From assembly GCA_001244265.2 (NCBI GenBank), contig CDLV01000006.1, forward strand, positions 992,001-1,056,000: a stretch of 64,000 nt of DNA, given 5' to 3'. How positions within the stretch are numbered: the first letter of the stretch is position 1; every line of letters begins with the position of its first letter. Under the pieces are notes generated by a model. It did not search any database, had not been told where the DNA came from, and was given only the letters and a program-made list of their open reading frames with translations. Source of the stretch: Microbotryum violaceum (lineage: Eukaryota). Both the position numbers and the translations under genes were made by a program. Positions 37,167 to 49,914 of this stretch are shown piece by piece.

Positions 37167-37628
37167 ATGGCCTCGACATCCAAGACGACCCTCTTCACCA
37201 GACCCAGCCACCTGCTCGCACCGCGACCCCAACACCTCCCCCTCGCACCTCCCCATTCCCAGCGACTATTCTCCACCCACTCCCTCTCCCGCAGCCTGCG
37301 CCTCTCCCCCAGATCCCGCACCCGCCTCCAAAACATCTCCTTCCTCGCCGCCACCTTGGTCAGCATCATCACCGTCTCGTTGGCGATGAGTGGTTCGGCA
37401 GGGGTCGATCTACCTTGTCCTGCGCGACAGGGGACCAAGGTGGGGATGCAGGATGAGAAGGGAAAGAATTGGGCGACGAGTACGGGTGCAGGAAGAACGA
37501 CGGGAAAGAGGAGGTGGTTGGAGGAACCTGTCGTGATTGCGCAGAGCAGTGCGCCGAGAGGAAAGGAAGCACAGCATAGGACTGGACCGCGGACAGGGTT
37601 GCAACAGGAGGAGGAATCGAGAAATTAA
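37167..37628 (+). CDS. Coa2-like cytochrome c oxidase assembly factor
   Basis: Arg/Ser-rich presequence, then 'RTRLQNISFLAATLVSIITVSL', a hydrophobic helix and 'LPCPA', the pattern I recall for Coa2. Confidence 0.6.
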   Translation: MASTSKTTLFTRPSHLLAPRPQHLPLAPPHSQRLFSTHSLSRSLRLSPRSRTRLQNISFLAATLVSIITVSLAMSGSAGVDLPCPARQGTKVGMQDEKGKNWATSTGAGRTTGKRRWLEEPVVIAQSSAPRGKEAQHRTGPRTGLQQEEESRN

Positions 37629-37782
37629 AGTGATACGGCAGCTGTAGTGGACGAAGAATCGGAAAGCGTTGGAAACGTTGTAATCGCATGGTCGCATGGC
37701 TCCAATTCATGCATTGTTCGCGCAGGGGAAGCTCTCCTCGGGAGAAAAAAGACGGCGAAGGGCTCAGGAATTGCATGACGAA

Positions 37783-40664
37783 CTACGAAGACATCGCCAC
37801 ATCTTCTACAGCTGCAACTGCCTCCGGCACAACTTCTTCTGCTTGTGCAGCAAGTGCCGAAGTAGCAGCAGTCGACTCCGAGACCTTCTGCTCGCGCTGC
37901 TCCATCGCCTCGGTCAACGTCTTTTGGTGCGCGCTCGCCGTGCGTGTCTTCAACACTTCCCTTAGCGCCATCGTCGCGTCTGGTGGGAGCATACATCGAG
38001 CGTACAGCGTCAGCTCGTCTTCACAACACCGTGTACGATTCGATTGAAACCACCCACAGGTACTTGACCCCAATGTCATCTCCAACTGCAGCGCCAAACT
38101 GTGCCCCTCTGGCATAGGTTGACTCGGATCATAAGCCGTGACAACGGGTGCCTCTTTCCCCAACAACATATCCTCATCACTTTGGGCTAGATCTTGCGTA
38201 CTCGATGAATAGGTCATCAACCCATGGGAAACGTCTCGAGGGAGATGCATGATCTTGCGATAGGTCCCACCGAGGGAGTACTCGCGTTGACGACGGAACA
38301 TGTTTTTAGGGTCGATCCCGTCTTCGAGCATGATGGAGCGGTAGGTCTCGCCTAAGGATCCGGAAGGGTAGGTCACGGCGTAGCCTGGCATCGGGAGGAC
38401 GACGTCAAAGATGGTGTACGTCTTGGCGTCGAGGTCTTCTTGAGTCAGGATCTTGATTTTCGGGACGCGAGCCGTTGCCGCTGCTTGTTCGGCGGTCAGC
38501 CCTGTGTTCGCAGGGGTGGGTTCGTCATCTGTTGTGAGCGAAAAGGATAATGTCAGTTTCGACAGACCCAATCAGATGGCAGAGGCAGCACATACCCTCG
38601 TCCAGAACCGGATCCAGCGGTTCAGCCACAACTACCTCCGGCTCGTCCGGCTCCTCCCCATCCTCCTTCAACTTTGCCCCCTCAGCCAACACGAAATCCC
38701 CTGTCACGGGCTCCTTACATCCATACATCTTGACCCTTTCCGAAACGACCCTATTCCAGATATACGACTGCCACGCATGGGCGTACATCATCCTCAAACT
38801 TTTCGGGATTGAACTCAACGCGCCCAAATGACTCGTCGTGCTGTTCTTGGCGTAAAAATCGACCATGGCTTTTTCAGCAACGGCGCGACGGGGCATCGCT
38901 CGGGAGGCGTCGACGAGTTTGCCTTCGTGGAAGAGAGAGCGGGCTAACGCGACGTCGTCGCCTTCGCCTTGACGATGAAGGAGGATGAGATGGGAAGCCA
39001 AGGCCCAGTCCGTTCGGAGGAGGGCCAAGCCAATCGCGTGCGTTGGTACAGGCGCAGTGCCGAACCGTTGCATGCCATAGTAGTTGATGAAGCCGTGTTC
39101 GCGCAAGGTCGACATGGCTCGTTCGATCGTCGTTGGTGAGTCGGCAACGACGTCCCTGAGTAATACCGAAACCAGTCAGATTTGAGCTCAACTCCTGCGC
39201 ACAGCATCCGTATCGACTCACCTAAGCGTAATGACGAATCGATTCCCCTTGAGCATACCCAATGTGAACATATTCTCCCCATACGCGACATCCGCAATTC
39301 TCACTCCCCGATCCATATTTCCCCAAGCGTGACTACCTCCGAAACCTCCCCCTCCCCTCCCTCTCCCTCTCCCACGATTCCCACCCCTTGCACCTCTCCC
39401 ATTCGCAGCATTCCACACGTCCTCAATCGTTCGGTGCCCTCGTTTCATACTCAATCTTTGCACAGTCACGGCTCGTTTATCCTTCGTCCCAGCGGCGCCA
39501 ATGTCCCTTGATTGAAGGTTGAGCGTTCGACAAAGGCCAGAAAGGGCATCGTGCATCTCCTTGTTGGCTTTTTGGAGGGTGAAGTGGATGTAAGGCGGGA
39601 GCTTGACTTTGAGATCACCTTCGGCAGCTACGTAGGGAATCAGGGTCGTCAGGTCTCCTCTCCTTGCAATTCTTCTCGCGTTCAAGACATCCAAACGTAC
39701 TCCGGGCAATCCGATCACGACGATCACCACCGCCTCCTCCACCTCGACCACCTCCTCCTTTTTTCATCCACGTGACTTGGATAACCTGTTGGCCGCCTTC
39801 GAGTTCCTTCATCTCACTTCCGAAGCGCGAGTCGAAGGCTTCCCTCAGGCCTTTGTGTAGGGCAGTGCGAGCTTCTTTCGACTCGATGATCTGTCGGAGG
39901 AGGAAACAGGTCGGATGAGCATCCAATCCAAAGGATAAAGTATCAAGGATCACTGTGGTGGCTTACCTGGGATTGGAAGACAGGTTTCGGCGTCCCTGGT
40001 GGTGCTGATGGACCGGCGAGGACGAAAGTTTTAAACTCGACGAGTTTTGCCTCGTCCAGAAGGGGTGTGATGATCGATTCGGCCTTATCGGTCCACAACT
40101 GAAGAGACGGGAAGAAGAAAGGGGTTCAGGAAGGAGTTTACTTAAGAACTGATGACCTGAATGCAAACTCGTGACAAAGCCTGACCTGCTGCGGGTCCTC
40201 GGGCGTCGGCTCGACTTTGGGTGTCTCGGGCTTGGGAGGTTTCGGCGCTTTCTCCTGCTTGGGACCATGGATGTCTTTCATTCGAAGCACTTGTCCATCC
40301 AAGCCGACTTCAAAGACCATAAAGTCCGTGAACCTGTTCAAAACGGAGCGGACGCCGTTAGCTCAAGGATCGGGTGCGCGGCCCGTAGCTCCCTGAGGTA
40401 CCTATGCTTGATGATCGCCGCAAAGGGAGGCACATCCCGATCAACGTATTCGGTGATACCGACTTCAGATTCGAGAGCGGGTCGAATCCCCAAGGAGGGT
40501 TCGATCAATTTGAGGAGACCTTTCTCGTTCGCGAACGAGAAGGGTGTCGAGGTGGATCGAGCCGCCGGGGCTGGCTCAGTTACAGAGTCCGTCATCGCTG
40601 TGGTGGTCGACATGGAAGATGCGTCTACTTTGAGGCGCTTGGCTGATGGTTCAGGCGATGACAT
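37783..40664 (-). CDS. PUS7: TruD-family pseudouridine synthase
   Basis: 'VGITEYV', 'IIKHRFTDFMVFEV', 'AGTKDKRAVTVQ', 'LKGNRFVITLR', 'GFINYYGMQRFG', 'SSTYATMALRE'. Confidence 0.95.
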
Positions 40665-41236
40665 GGTTGGGTCCGCGACGAGCACGAGTGCAGAGGCCAA
40701 AAGAGCTCCGCAGATGGAGCCTTGCGAAAGGGGGCATGGAGAAGCTCAGCTCGCGGCCGACGCGTAGCCTGGCGGAGTCGTGCTTCACCCAAAATTCACT
40801 TCAGATCGATAGTTTAGGCTAATAGTCCACGTCGCTTCCAAATTCGAGTATATAAACTTGGACTTGTGATTGCAAGTCATTTAGTCTGAGCCCATGCCGG
40901 CCGGCCAGGATCGACTCGGAGGTGCCGAATTTGCCGATGGCTCCTTCACAACACATAAAACAGCACAGTGCAGTGACGAGCCAGGAGGGTTGAGAGGGCT
41001 TTGATTCGATAGATCCTTGTTTTGCCTACCTGCAATAGTATTCATCTTTCCGTCGTGCCGTACATGATCTGCTCAAGAGAATGTATTTCAAGCCGGCTCC
41101 GAGTGAGTCGGGTCCATAGTTTAGTATGCACTGCTCATGTGGCGGCCGGCCCCACGCTTGCTACACAGATAGCATCATTCCTCAATATCTTCTCTCCTAC
41201 ACTTCTCTCACACTTCCGAAACGCTCTCATCACCAC

Positions 41237-42849
41237 ATGTCCAACGGAAAGACCGTCCTCGTCACCGGTACGTCCACCCCTTTGAAAGCTCCGCATCGCA
41301 TCCCCACCCACCTCCGTCCGGGCCCCACTTACCGACTCTGCCCGTCTCGCAAACTCCACCCTCGCTGATCACGTGTGCTCCTCCTCGATCCCCACAGGTG
41401 CGTCCGGATTCCTCGCTTCGTACGTAATCGATGCCTTCCTCAAAGCCGGATGGAACGTCCGAGGTACCGTACGTGACCTCTCCAAGGGCCAGCACCTCAA
41501 GGACCGTTACCCTTCAAATTCCCCACTCGAACTCGTCCAAGTCACGGATCTCGTCACAGGAAAGGGGCTTGAGGAAGCTATCCAAGCTTGTGATGCAATT
41601 GCTCATGTTGCTAGTCCTTGTGAGTGAATTGGATATTTGCTCGGTGCTGTTTCGGTGCCCCCCCCCCCCACCCTCGCCGGAGAAACTGACGATTCATCTC
41701 TCCGCTCCGGTTCGGCCTCCTTATGACCTGACTGTCTTCACTTCAGACCATTTCAACATTACCGACGCCAAGAAAGATCTTCTTGACCCCGCCATCGAAG
41801 GCACCCTTTCAGTCCTTCGAACCGCCAAAGCCGTCGGCGTCAGCAAGATCGTCATCACGTCTTCCTTCGCCGCCGTCACCGATTTCACCAAAGGTGGACC
41901 GTGGAGGGATTATACCTACACTGCGGAGGATTGGAACCCTTCGACGATGGAGGAAGGTCTCAAACCTGGTCAGACGGGGCCGTTCATCTATTCCTTATCC
42001 AAGGTCGGTCAAAGTCGGATCGAGACATTTGACGTATTTCGTGCTCACAGGCGGCTTCCCTCTTTGCAGACTTTGGCTGAGCGTGCGGGCAAGGATTATG
42101 CTAAAGAGAAAGGTCTTGAATTGGCAACGCGTGCGTTAAATCATTGCGACGGTCTTTGGCGTCCTTCAATACTGACATCTGCCTGCCCCTGGCCTGCCCT
42201 GCCCGCAGTCAACCCTCCGATGATCTGTACGTTTCCAGCATCCGCTTTGCAAGAAAACCCTATCACATATTTGACCTTGGCTATGTGATACATAGACGGA
42301 TCCCCTCTCCAACGCATCGCCGATGCATCCGAAGTCAACACCTCAAGCGGTGCGATCTACGCCCTCATCAATGGCTCGACCAAAGGCCAAGTCCCCGCGA
42401 ACCGCTTGCCGCTTTTCTGCCATGTTGAGGACGTCGCTCGAGCCCATGTATTGGCACTTGAGCACTTGCCTGACGTTGATCAACGGAGGTTCTTGCTTTG
42501 TGGTGGGGGGTTCACTTGGGAACAGGTGAGTGAGCTCGGATCGAATGGGATCTCGCGCCTCTCGGAGTTAGGGGTGAGGGGTTAACATATTAATATAATC
42601 TGTGCTTATCTCAAAAATTTCATATGCCTTCAGGCCATCCTCCACCTCGAGAAGGCTCGACCCGACCTAGCCTCGCGTCTCCCCAAGTTGCCCAAAGACG
42701 AAGACCGAGCCGACCTTAAAGCAGGACCCTTGGCCAAACTCGACTGCACCCCTGCCAAGGAGTTGTTGGGCATGGATAGGTTCAAGACATGGCAAGAGAC
42801 GTTGGAGGAGACGATCGATCGATTGGTGGAGATGGAGAAACAGTGGTAA
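41237..42849 (+). CDS. Extended SDR NAD(P)H-dependent carbonyl/methylglyoxal reductase (Gre2/Ari1-like)
   Basis: 'VLVTGASGFLAS', 'HVASP', 'PAIEGT', 'VITSSFAA', YxxSK 'YSLSKTLAERA', 'NPPMIYG', 'HVEDVARAHV'. Confidence 0.92.
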
Positions 42850-43518
42850 TGTGCAGTATTTAGCAAGCGGAATTCAATGGAGTGGGGTGGAAGGCGAGAA
42901 GGACGCTGGGTTCGAGTGACGAAACGGGAAGTTGTCGGCGCGGGCGAAGGCGCGGCCCTTCTCCCAATATTTTGGCGCGAGATTGTGTACGTATGGATTA
43001 GCTGAGGGGCGATAAGAGAGGACAATTTACATGTTAAACAAGCAGATCGTTTGCGAGATACAATTTGTGGCGGATCAAATCGAGCACACAAGATCGCGGG
43101 CATTCGCACCACCGCCAGTGCTGCCACAGGCGCGCGCTGGACGCATTGAGGCACTGACACTGTCAAAAGCGGGCTCTATGTCCGAACTGGGCCAAACGTC
43201 CGAGGCAAGGCACCCGAAACAAACCTGGCTTGCTGGGAGGTCGTACTTGACCATTGTCATCACTTCCTGGAGACTCGAACTTCTTGTCGTTCCGCTATCA
43301 CTTGCAACCCCGTACAACGCCCGGCTTCGCCTCTGTAACGGACTCACATCGCCTCCGCAAGAGCAAAGTCTTCTTGCCAATCTGCAAGCCAAGCCTCGAT
43401 TGACTTCCGAGGCCACCGTGCCCGTCTCGCTTCCGAACCGGCTTTGACACAGCGCCGCGAGCCCATCGCAATCCGCCCGCAACCCTCATCACCAGCCATC
43501 AAGCAAACCATAATAAGG

Positions 43519-45896
43519 ATGGGTGTCGAACGCCCCCCAACACTCCGTAACCTCTCCATCCCAGACATCGCCATCCTCCCTAAAGGTCAATCCAATGAAC
43601 CAGGGGAGAAATCGGCCGTCCTCTCGGTCGACTTGACGAACCCATTCGCCGCCCCCGCCCCTAACAAGCACAATCCCTTTTCGAATCGAGGGCAACAGTT
43701 TTGGCTTGTTTACCTTGCTTTGTGCATGAGTTCTTTCCTTTCGGCTTTGGATTTGACGGCTGTTTCGACGGCACTTCCTTCCAGTACGTTTCGAGTGAGG
43801 AAGACTTTTGTGGGAAGCACGCGAGCCGACGCCCTAATTTCACACCTTGTTTCGTTCCTCCGTAGTGGCCGCGGAATTCCAATCCTCCGAATTCTCCTGG
43901 GTCGGATCCGCCTATGCCCTGACATCAACAGCCCTTATCCCATGGACCGGTAATCTAGCTTCCATCTTTGGCCGAAGATCGACCTTGCTCGCTTCATTGG
44001 TTTTATTCGCTTTGGGATCGGCACTGGTCGGTGGGGCGAGGTCGATGACGATGGTGATTGCTGGAAGATCGATTCAGGGTATTGGTGGAGGTGGAATTTT
44101 GACAATGGTGGGTCGAACTTGTGATTTTAAGAGAGTTCAGAAGGCTAATATGCAGTGATACATATATTTCTGCCGGCAACAGACCGAAATCGTCGTGGTC
44201 GATCTGGTCCCCCTTGCGGACCGAGGAGCCTTCTTCGGAGTCATTGGATCCGGTAAGCAAAAATCTCGGTACGCCTTGCTGCCTCGCACAACTGACCAAA
44301 CGCTCTGTATATTCAGTGTGGGCGGTCGCTAGTGCTATCGGTCCTCCTATTGGCGGTGCTCTCGCCTCCGCCGGGGCCTGGCGCTGGTCAGTCCCCTCCC
44401 TGCACCTCAAGTGTGCTGGTATTTCAAAAACTGATCCTCGGTTTCCCTCCAGGCTATTCTACATGAACATCCCCCTCGCCGGAATTGCTTTCGTCCTTGT
44501 CGCGTTTTTCCTCCGCATCAAAGCCCCTGAGACAACCCTCAAGGAGAAACTCAAACAAATGGACTACCTCAACATCGTCTTCGTCATCGGCGCGACCTTC
44601 ACCATCATCGGCCTGACATGGGGTGGTGTAGCCCACCCATGGACCTCTTACCAAGTTTTAGTCCCGCTCATCCTAGGCTTCACCACCATGGGCGTGTTCC
44701 TCTGGCTCGAAAAGTCGTATGTCGAACATCCAACTATCCCTTTCGACATCCTCAGCCATCGAACGAGTTTGCTCGGTTTCGTGACCACCTTCTTGCATGG
44801 AATCGTCTCCCTGGCCGCGGTGTACTATCTCACCGTCTTCTTCCAAGCCGCGAAGGGTGCTAGTCCCGTTCAAGCTGGTGTCGATACCTTCTCGCTCAGT
44901 TTGTGAGTTGTTCGGGGCGAACACCTTCAGATTCCTTTGCTCGCGGCTAACTCTGGTTTTGACCTCTTTTAGCACTGTTGCCCCCTTGTCCATCATCACC
45001 GGTGTCGTTATCGGCTATCAAGGAGTCTACAAAGTCTGGAACGTCCTTGGCTGGGCTCTCACCGCCGTTGGGTTCGGCATCACGGCGTTGATGAAGTTTG
45101 ATTGCTCCAAAGCTGCTTCGGTTGGACTGTGCGTGATGCTACCTGAATTGCGGAGTTACCGAGTGCTAGTACTGATCACATGTTCCACGGCTATCCTCCC
45201 AGTCCAATTTTGATGGGTCTCGGTCTCGGTATTCTTTACTCGAGTACCAACTTCCCAGGTATGCATCAAAATCTTATGCTCTTTCAAAGTGGTCGAGGGT
45301 TTGCTAACGTTTCGCCCGGTACATGTCCATCACAGTCCTCGCTCCTCTCAAGGCTTCGCAACAACCGCATGCAGTAAGTCTTGAGTGACTCGGGACCTCC
45401 ACACATATACCCTCGATTCAATCTGATCCCTCTTCCTTCCCTCAGATGGCCTTCTTCTCCTTCATGCGCGCGTTCGGTGAAGTCTTCGGCATCTCGATCG
45501 GGGCAACCATCTTGCAAAATTCGTTGGCCGCGAACCTGCCCAAAGAATTCCTTGCCCTGTTCCACGGCGAGGTGGAAATTGCTTTCTCTGCGATCCCCAA
45601 AATCGTTGATCTGCACGTCAAACCTCTCCATTACCTTCGAAGAGAATCGAGTCCCCCAGAAAGCTGACACGTTCCCCCCATCCACCCACAGTGCCGAACC
45701 CCTCCGTTCCCAAGTCCGAGAAGCCTTCGCCTTGAGCCTTCGCGTCATCTGGCTTACCATGGTCTTCATCTCCGGATTGGGGTTCCTCTTCTCCCTCTTC
45801 ATTCAGGATATCAAGCTTACGACGGAGACGGATGATCAATGGGGTCTGCATGATGGGAATTCGGCGCCTAAAGTTGGGGATGAGGAACAGAAGTGA
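43519..45896 (+). CDS. MFS drug:H+ antiporter (DHA2, 14-TMS), copy 1; 10 exons
   Basis: 'FLSALDLTAVSTALP', 'WVGSAYAL', 'FGRR', 'GRSIQGIGGGGI', 'GPPIGGAL...WRWLFYMNIP'. Confidence 0.92.
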
Positions 45897-47060
45897 GCTA
45901 AGCCCGAGCAGTGGGGGTCGTCGCCGGTTCGATGGGTCGTGGGAGATGTGTCGGAAGGGTGGGGAAGATTAGTCTGTCATGAAAGGGTCACCGCAATTTT
46001 GTCATTTTTATTTCATTTTTCATCTATACGCACTCGAGGCGACGCTGTCGCCCGTCGGAGAATTGGCCCGTCAGAGGTCTGGAAAAAGGTGCAAGGGAGA
46101 AGAAAAGGAGATGAGAAGCGCGCGTCGAATACCGGTCGTGCCCGACGAAGATTTGGCGCCGGCTGTTTCAGCTCGCGATGCCGATCATTTCTTCCGAAGC
46201 CCCGTGAGTACCTACCTACGTGCTGAACTCTCAGGCGAAGAGCCGCAGGGAGGCACCTACAAGCCTATTCCTAGCGGTTTCCGCAAGCTTGCATAGGACT
46301 GCGGGCAGTCGCGTTCAGCACGTAGGACAGCTGACCACGAGTCAGACTGCAGGGCTTTGAAACGTTCACTTGGGTGGGCAAGGTTAGGGGATAGGTCGCT
46401 AAAATAATTTAGACAGGTCTTCGGGCAACGGGGTCTTGGTTTCAGAGGTCGACAAGACGAAAAGAGCCGCATTATTTGACCTTCTGGGGAGCAGCACGCG
46501 AGCCCGATCCCCGAGCTCGAACAGGCTTCGAGACAGGGATGTCCAGGCTTTACCTCTTCACAGGCAAGGGCTGGGCACTGTAGCTCACCAATGCGAGATC
46601 GAAGTGCAATAAGGCTTGGCACCATCGGTGACTCTGGCCACGATATGTAAGCTCAGAGTTCCAGCCAGTTTGTCGTAGATGGGCTGAGGTGCCCGAAGCC
46701 CTCGGACGAGCCGGCGCGCCGTGGGGTAAGCAGTACGAGCCGGTGCGCCTGCGTGCCTGCGTGCGAGCCCTTTGGCCGCCCACGCGCCCACGTGCGAACC
46801 CGATGCACGGCCGGGGTTGGCGTTGCCGACGAGTCGTCACATACCAACCCCAGGGTTTTCAGCATCGTGCCACACCAAGATTCATGGGCAGACTCTGACC
46901 CAGGTTCGACTCGGTCGATTCTTGTTGTCTCCCTCTCCTTTACCACTTCCTCAGAACACAGTCTACAGGTACACCGGAGCAGCTCCAGCCTCCAGTTGCC
47001 TTAGTGAACGCCGCCGCCGCGAAGCTTTTTCCCTCGTACACGTCGACGTCGGCGTCCCAA

Positions 47061-47165
47061 GATCTCAGCCGTGAGGTGAGACAAGTATAACTTGTGCTTC
47101 TCTCTTCTACAAGTCGACCTCGCCGCCGCCCGATCACAGCCGTGAGGTGAGACAAGTCAACTTGT
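47061..47165. repeat. ~35-bp imperfect direct repeat, each copy ending in an ACAAGT-N2/3-ACTTGT inverted repeat, upstream of MFS copy 2
   Basis: gatctcagccgtgaggtgagacaagtataacttgt (47061-47095) versus gatcacagccgtgaggtgagacaagtcaacttgt (47132-47165). Confidence 0.85.
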
Positions 47166-47298
47166 CAGACCAGACAAGCTCCGGCTCCGTTGCCAGCCTC
47201 TGCAGCTTCTGCAACCTCGAACCAACCTCCAATTTCTTCCGCCTTCGCCCCATCTTAATCTAATTATCATTTCACAAGGCAACACCACGCCCTTGACC

Positions 47299-49564
47299 AT
47301 GACCGAGTCCAAAACTTCCAACGCGCTCCCGACGCTGGACAGCGGCGCCGACTCGCCCGCAGCTGTTGAAGCCCCTGCCAACCAGAACCCCTTCGCCGGC
47401 AAAGGCAGTCAATTCTGGCTCGTCTTCCTCGCCCTTTGCGTCTCTTGCTTCCTCTCTGCACTCGACTTGACCGCCGTTTCGACCACACTCCCAGCCAGTG
47501 AGTTTTCGACCTTTCCCACGCGCTCGGTCTCAGGTTATCATCGGATTAAGGGGACAAATCCTAATGCGATTTGTCCATGCGCAGTGGCGGCCGAGTTCCA
47601 ATCCACCGAGTTCAGTTGGGTCGGATCGGCTTACGCCTTGACCTCGACGGCTTTGATCCCTTGGACCGGAGGATTTGCCGCTATCTTTGGTCGAAAGGCG
47701 ACCATGTTAGGGTCGTTGGCTTTATTCGCTATTGGTTCGGTCGTCGTCGGTTCGGCACACACGATGGAGATCGTCATTCTTGGTCGTGCAATCCAAGGTA
47801 TTGGTGGAGGTGGAATTCTTACAATGGTGAATTGTGATTGCAGGCGTGTGAAGAATTCAAGGGCAGGTGCTGACCTCTCATGAGCTGCTCTCGCCAGACC
47901 GAAATTGTCGTCGTCGACCTCGTACCGCTCGCCGAGCGAGGCGCTTTTTTCGGCATTTTTGGCGCAGGTGAGTGCAGGTCCAACCTCTTTTAAGCAGCTT
48001 ACGATCTGACGTACTGAATCACACTTCACAGTCTGGGCCCTTGCCAGTGCGATTGGTCCCCCCATCGGTGGTGCCCTTGCCTCCGCTGAAGCTTGGCGAT
48101 GGTAAGCCTCTTATACCAACCTTATCGCTTCACGCCTACTCACCCGGAGGCTGATTTATACATCTTGCCGGCTCCAAAAACAGGTTGTTCTACCTCAACC
48201 TGCCTCTCACCGGTGTCGCGGCCGTCTTGGTCGTCTTCTTTCTCCGTATCAAGGCCCCTCAAACGACTCTCAAGGACAAGCTCGCGCAAATGGACTACTT
48301 CAATCTCGTCTTCGTCGCCGGCGCAACCTCGACCATCCTCGGTCTGACCTGGGGCGGCGTGACCTACTCATGGTCGTCTTACGAGGTCCTGGTTCCTCTA
48401 ATCATCGGTTTGTCCCTGATGGGTTTGTTCCTCTGGCTCGAGAAGACATACGCGAAGTACCCGACCGTCCCCTTTGACGTGCTTCGTCATCGCTTGAGCT
48501 TGCTCGGTTTCATGGCCACTTTCCTGCATGGTATCGTCACTCTCGCGGCTATCTACTACACGACGATCTACTTCCAAGCGTCGAAGATGGCGACACCTGT
48601 CAAAGCCGGAGTCGATACCTTCTCATTGAGTTTGTAAGTACTACGCAGTCATCGCGGGTCAAAGCAGCTTGCTGATTCGCATGATCTTTTTCTGGCTATG
48701 CAGCACCATCGCTCCCATGGCCATCGTCACGGGTGTCTCGATCGGTATCCTCGGGACCTACCGCAAGCAGAACCTTTTCGGATGGGCTCTGGCTATGATC
48801 GGCTTCGGCTTGACCTCGATGCTCAAGTACAACTCATCCAAGGCCGCTTGGACTGGGTAGTAAGTAACCATGGCACGCATGTCAATGCGTATTCCTAATC
48901 AGAGTCCCTGATCACTCTTTATCTCTCTGTAAACAGCCCAATTATCACCGGTATCGGCATGGGTATCCTGTACAGCGCCACCAACTTCCCCGTCCTCGCT
49001 CCTCTTAAGCCGTCTCAGCAACCTCACGCCGTAAGTCGAAATCGTGTCTTAAGACCCTCTTGACCGCGACTTAATCCGCCTCTTGCCTCGGCTTCAAAAG
49101 ATGGCTTTCTTCGCCTTCGTGCGTTCGTTCGGCCAAGTGTTGGGCATCTCGATCGGCTCAACGATTTTGCAGAACGAATTGGCCAAGAACCTCCCCGAAG
49201 CGTTCTTGGCCATGTTCCATGGCAATGCCGAAATCGCGTTCCCGGCGATCCCTATTATTCCTACTCTGTGAGTTCAATTTTGATGAAGAGGTCCATTTTC
49301 TGTATCGAAGTCTGATCCTCCTAACTCAAAAGAGCCGAACCGATCCGCTCCCAAGTCCGTGAAGCCTTCGCCTCGAGTCTACGCGTGATTTGGCTCGTCA
49401 TGATCGGCATCTCTGGGTTAGGATTGATCATCTCCTTCTTCCTGAGGGATATCGAATTGACCAAGGAGATGGATGACAAGTGGGGGATGAGTGACAAGAA
49501 GGAACGCAAGGCTCCGACGGAGGGGACGTCGGCTGCTCCTGAGATGGTGGAGCAACGGGTTTGA
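47299..49564 (+). CDS. MFS drug:H+ antiporter (DHA2), copy 2, tandem paralogue; 9 exons
   Basis: Same motifs as copy 1, and eight intron positions and phases are shared with it. Confidence 0.92.
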
Positions 49565-49914
49565 TTGGAACTTTGGAGGAATGCGGTCGCAAGAGGTGGG
49601 GATCCTGATGGTACATATATGGCTACGAGTAGACTTTTTTTGATCTCTGTTTTCAGTTTATATAGATGTTGGGTTGGTATAGTGCGTAATGAAATTTGAG
49701 TACCATAACATGCGAAAGAATCAAGTTGAAGCTGCCAGCTTTACACGGTCGATCGAGCGTGGTTGCCCGGTTGGTTGCCTTTTGCAGCCTTCCAGCCGCG
49801 CTTTTGTTGCGCTCCCACCCCCGACGCGTCGCGCACCACCCACCACCACCACCCCGTGCTCCGCCGCAACGACGGACGACCAAACGGACGCCCGTTCATC
49901 TACTGCGTAGGACG

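Noticed and set aside
45900..47060. Short ORFs in the gap between the MFS paralogues
   Set aside because: No homology-like motifs, terminal repeats or consistent exon structure. Treated as intergenic or promoter.
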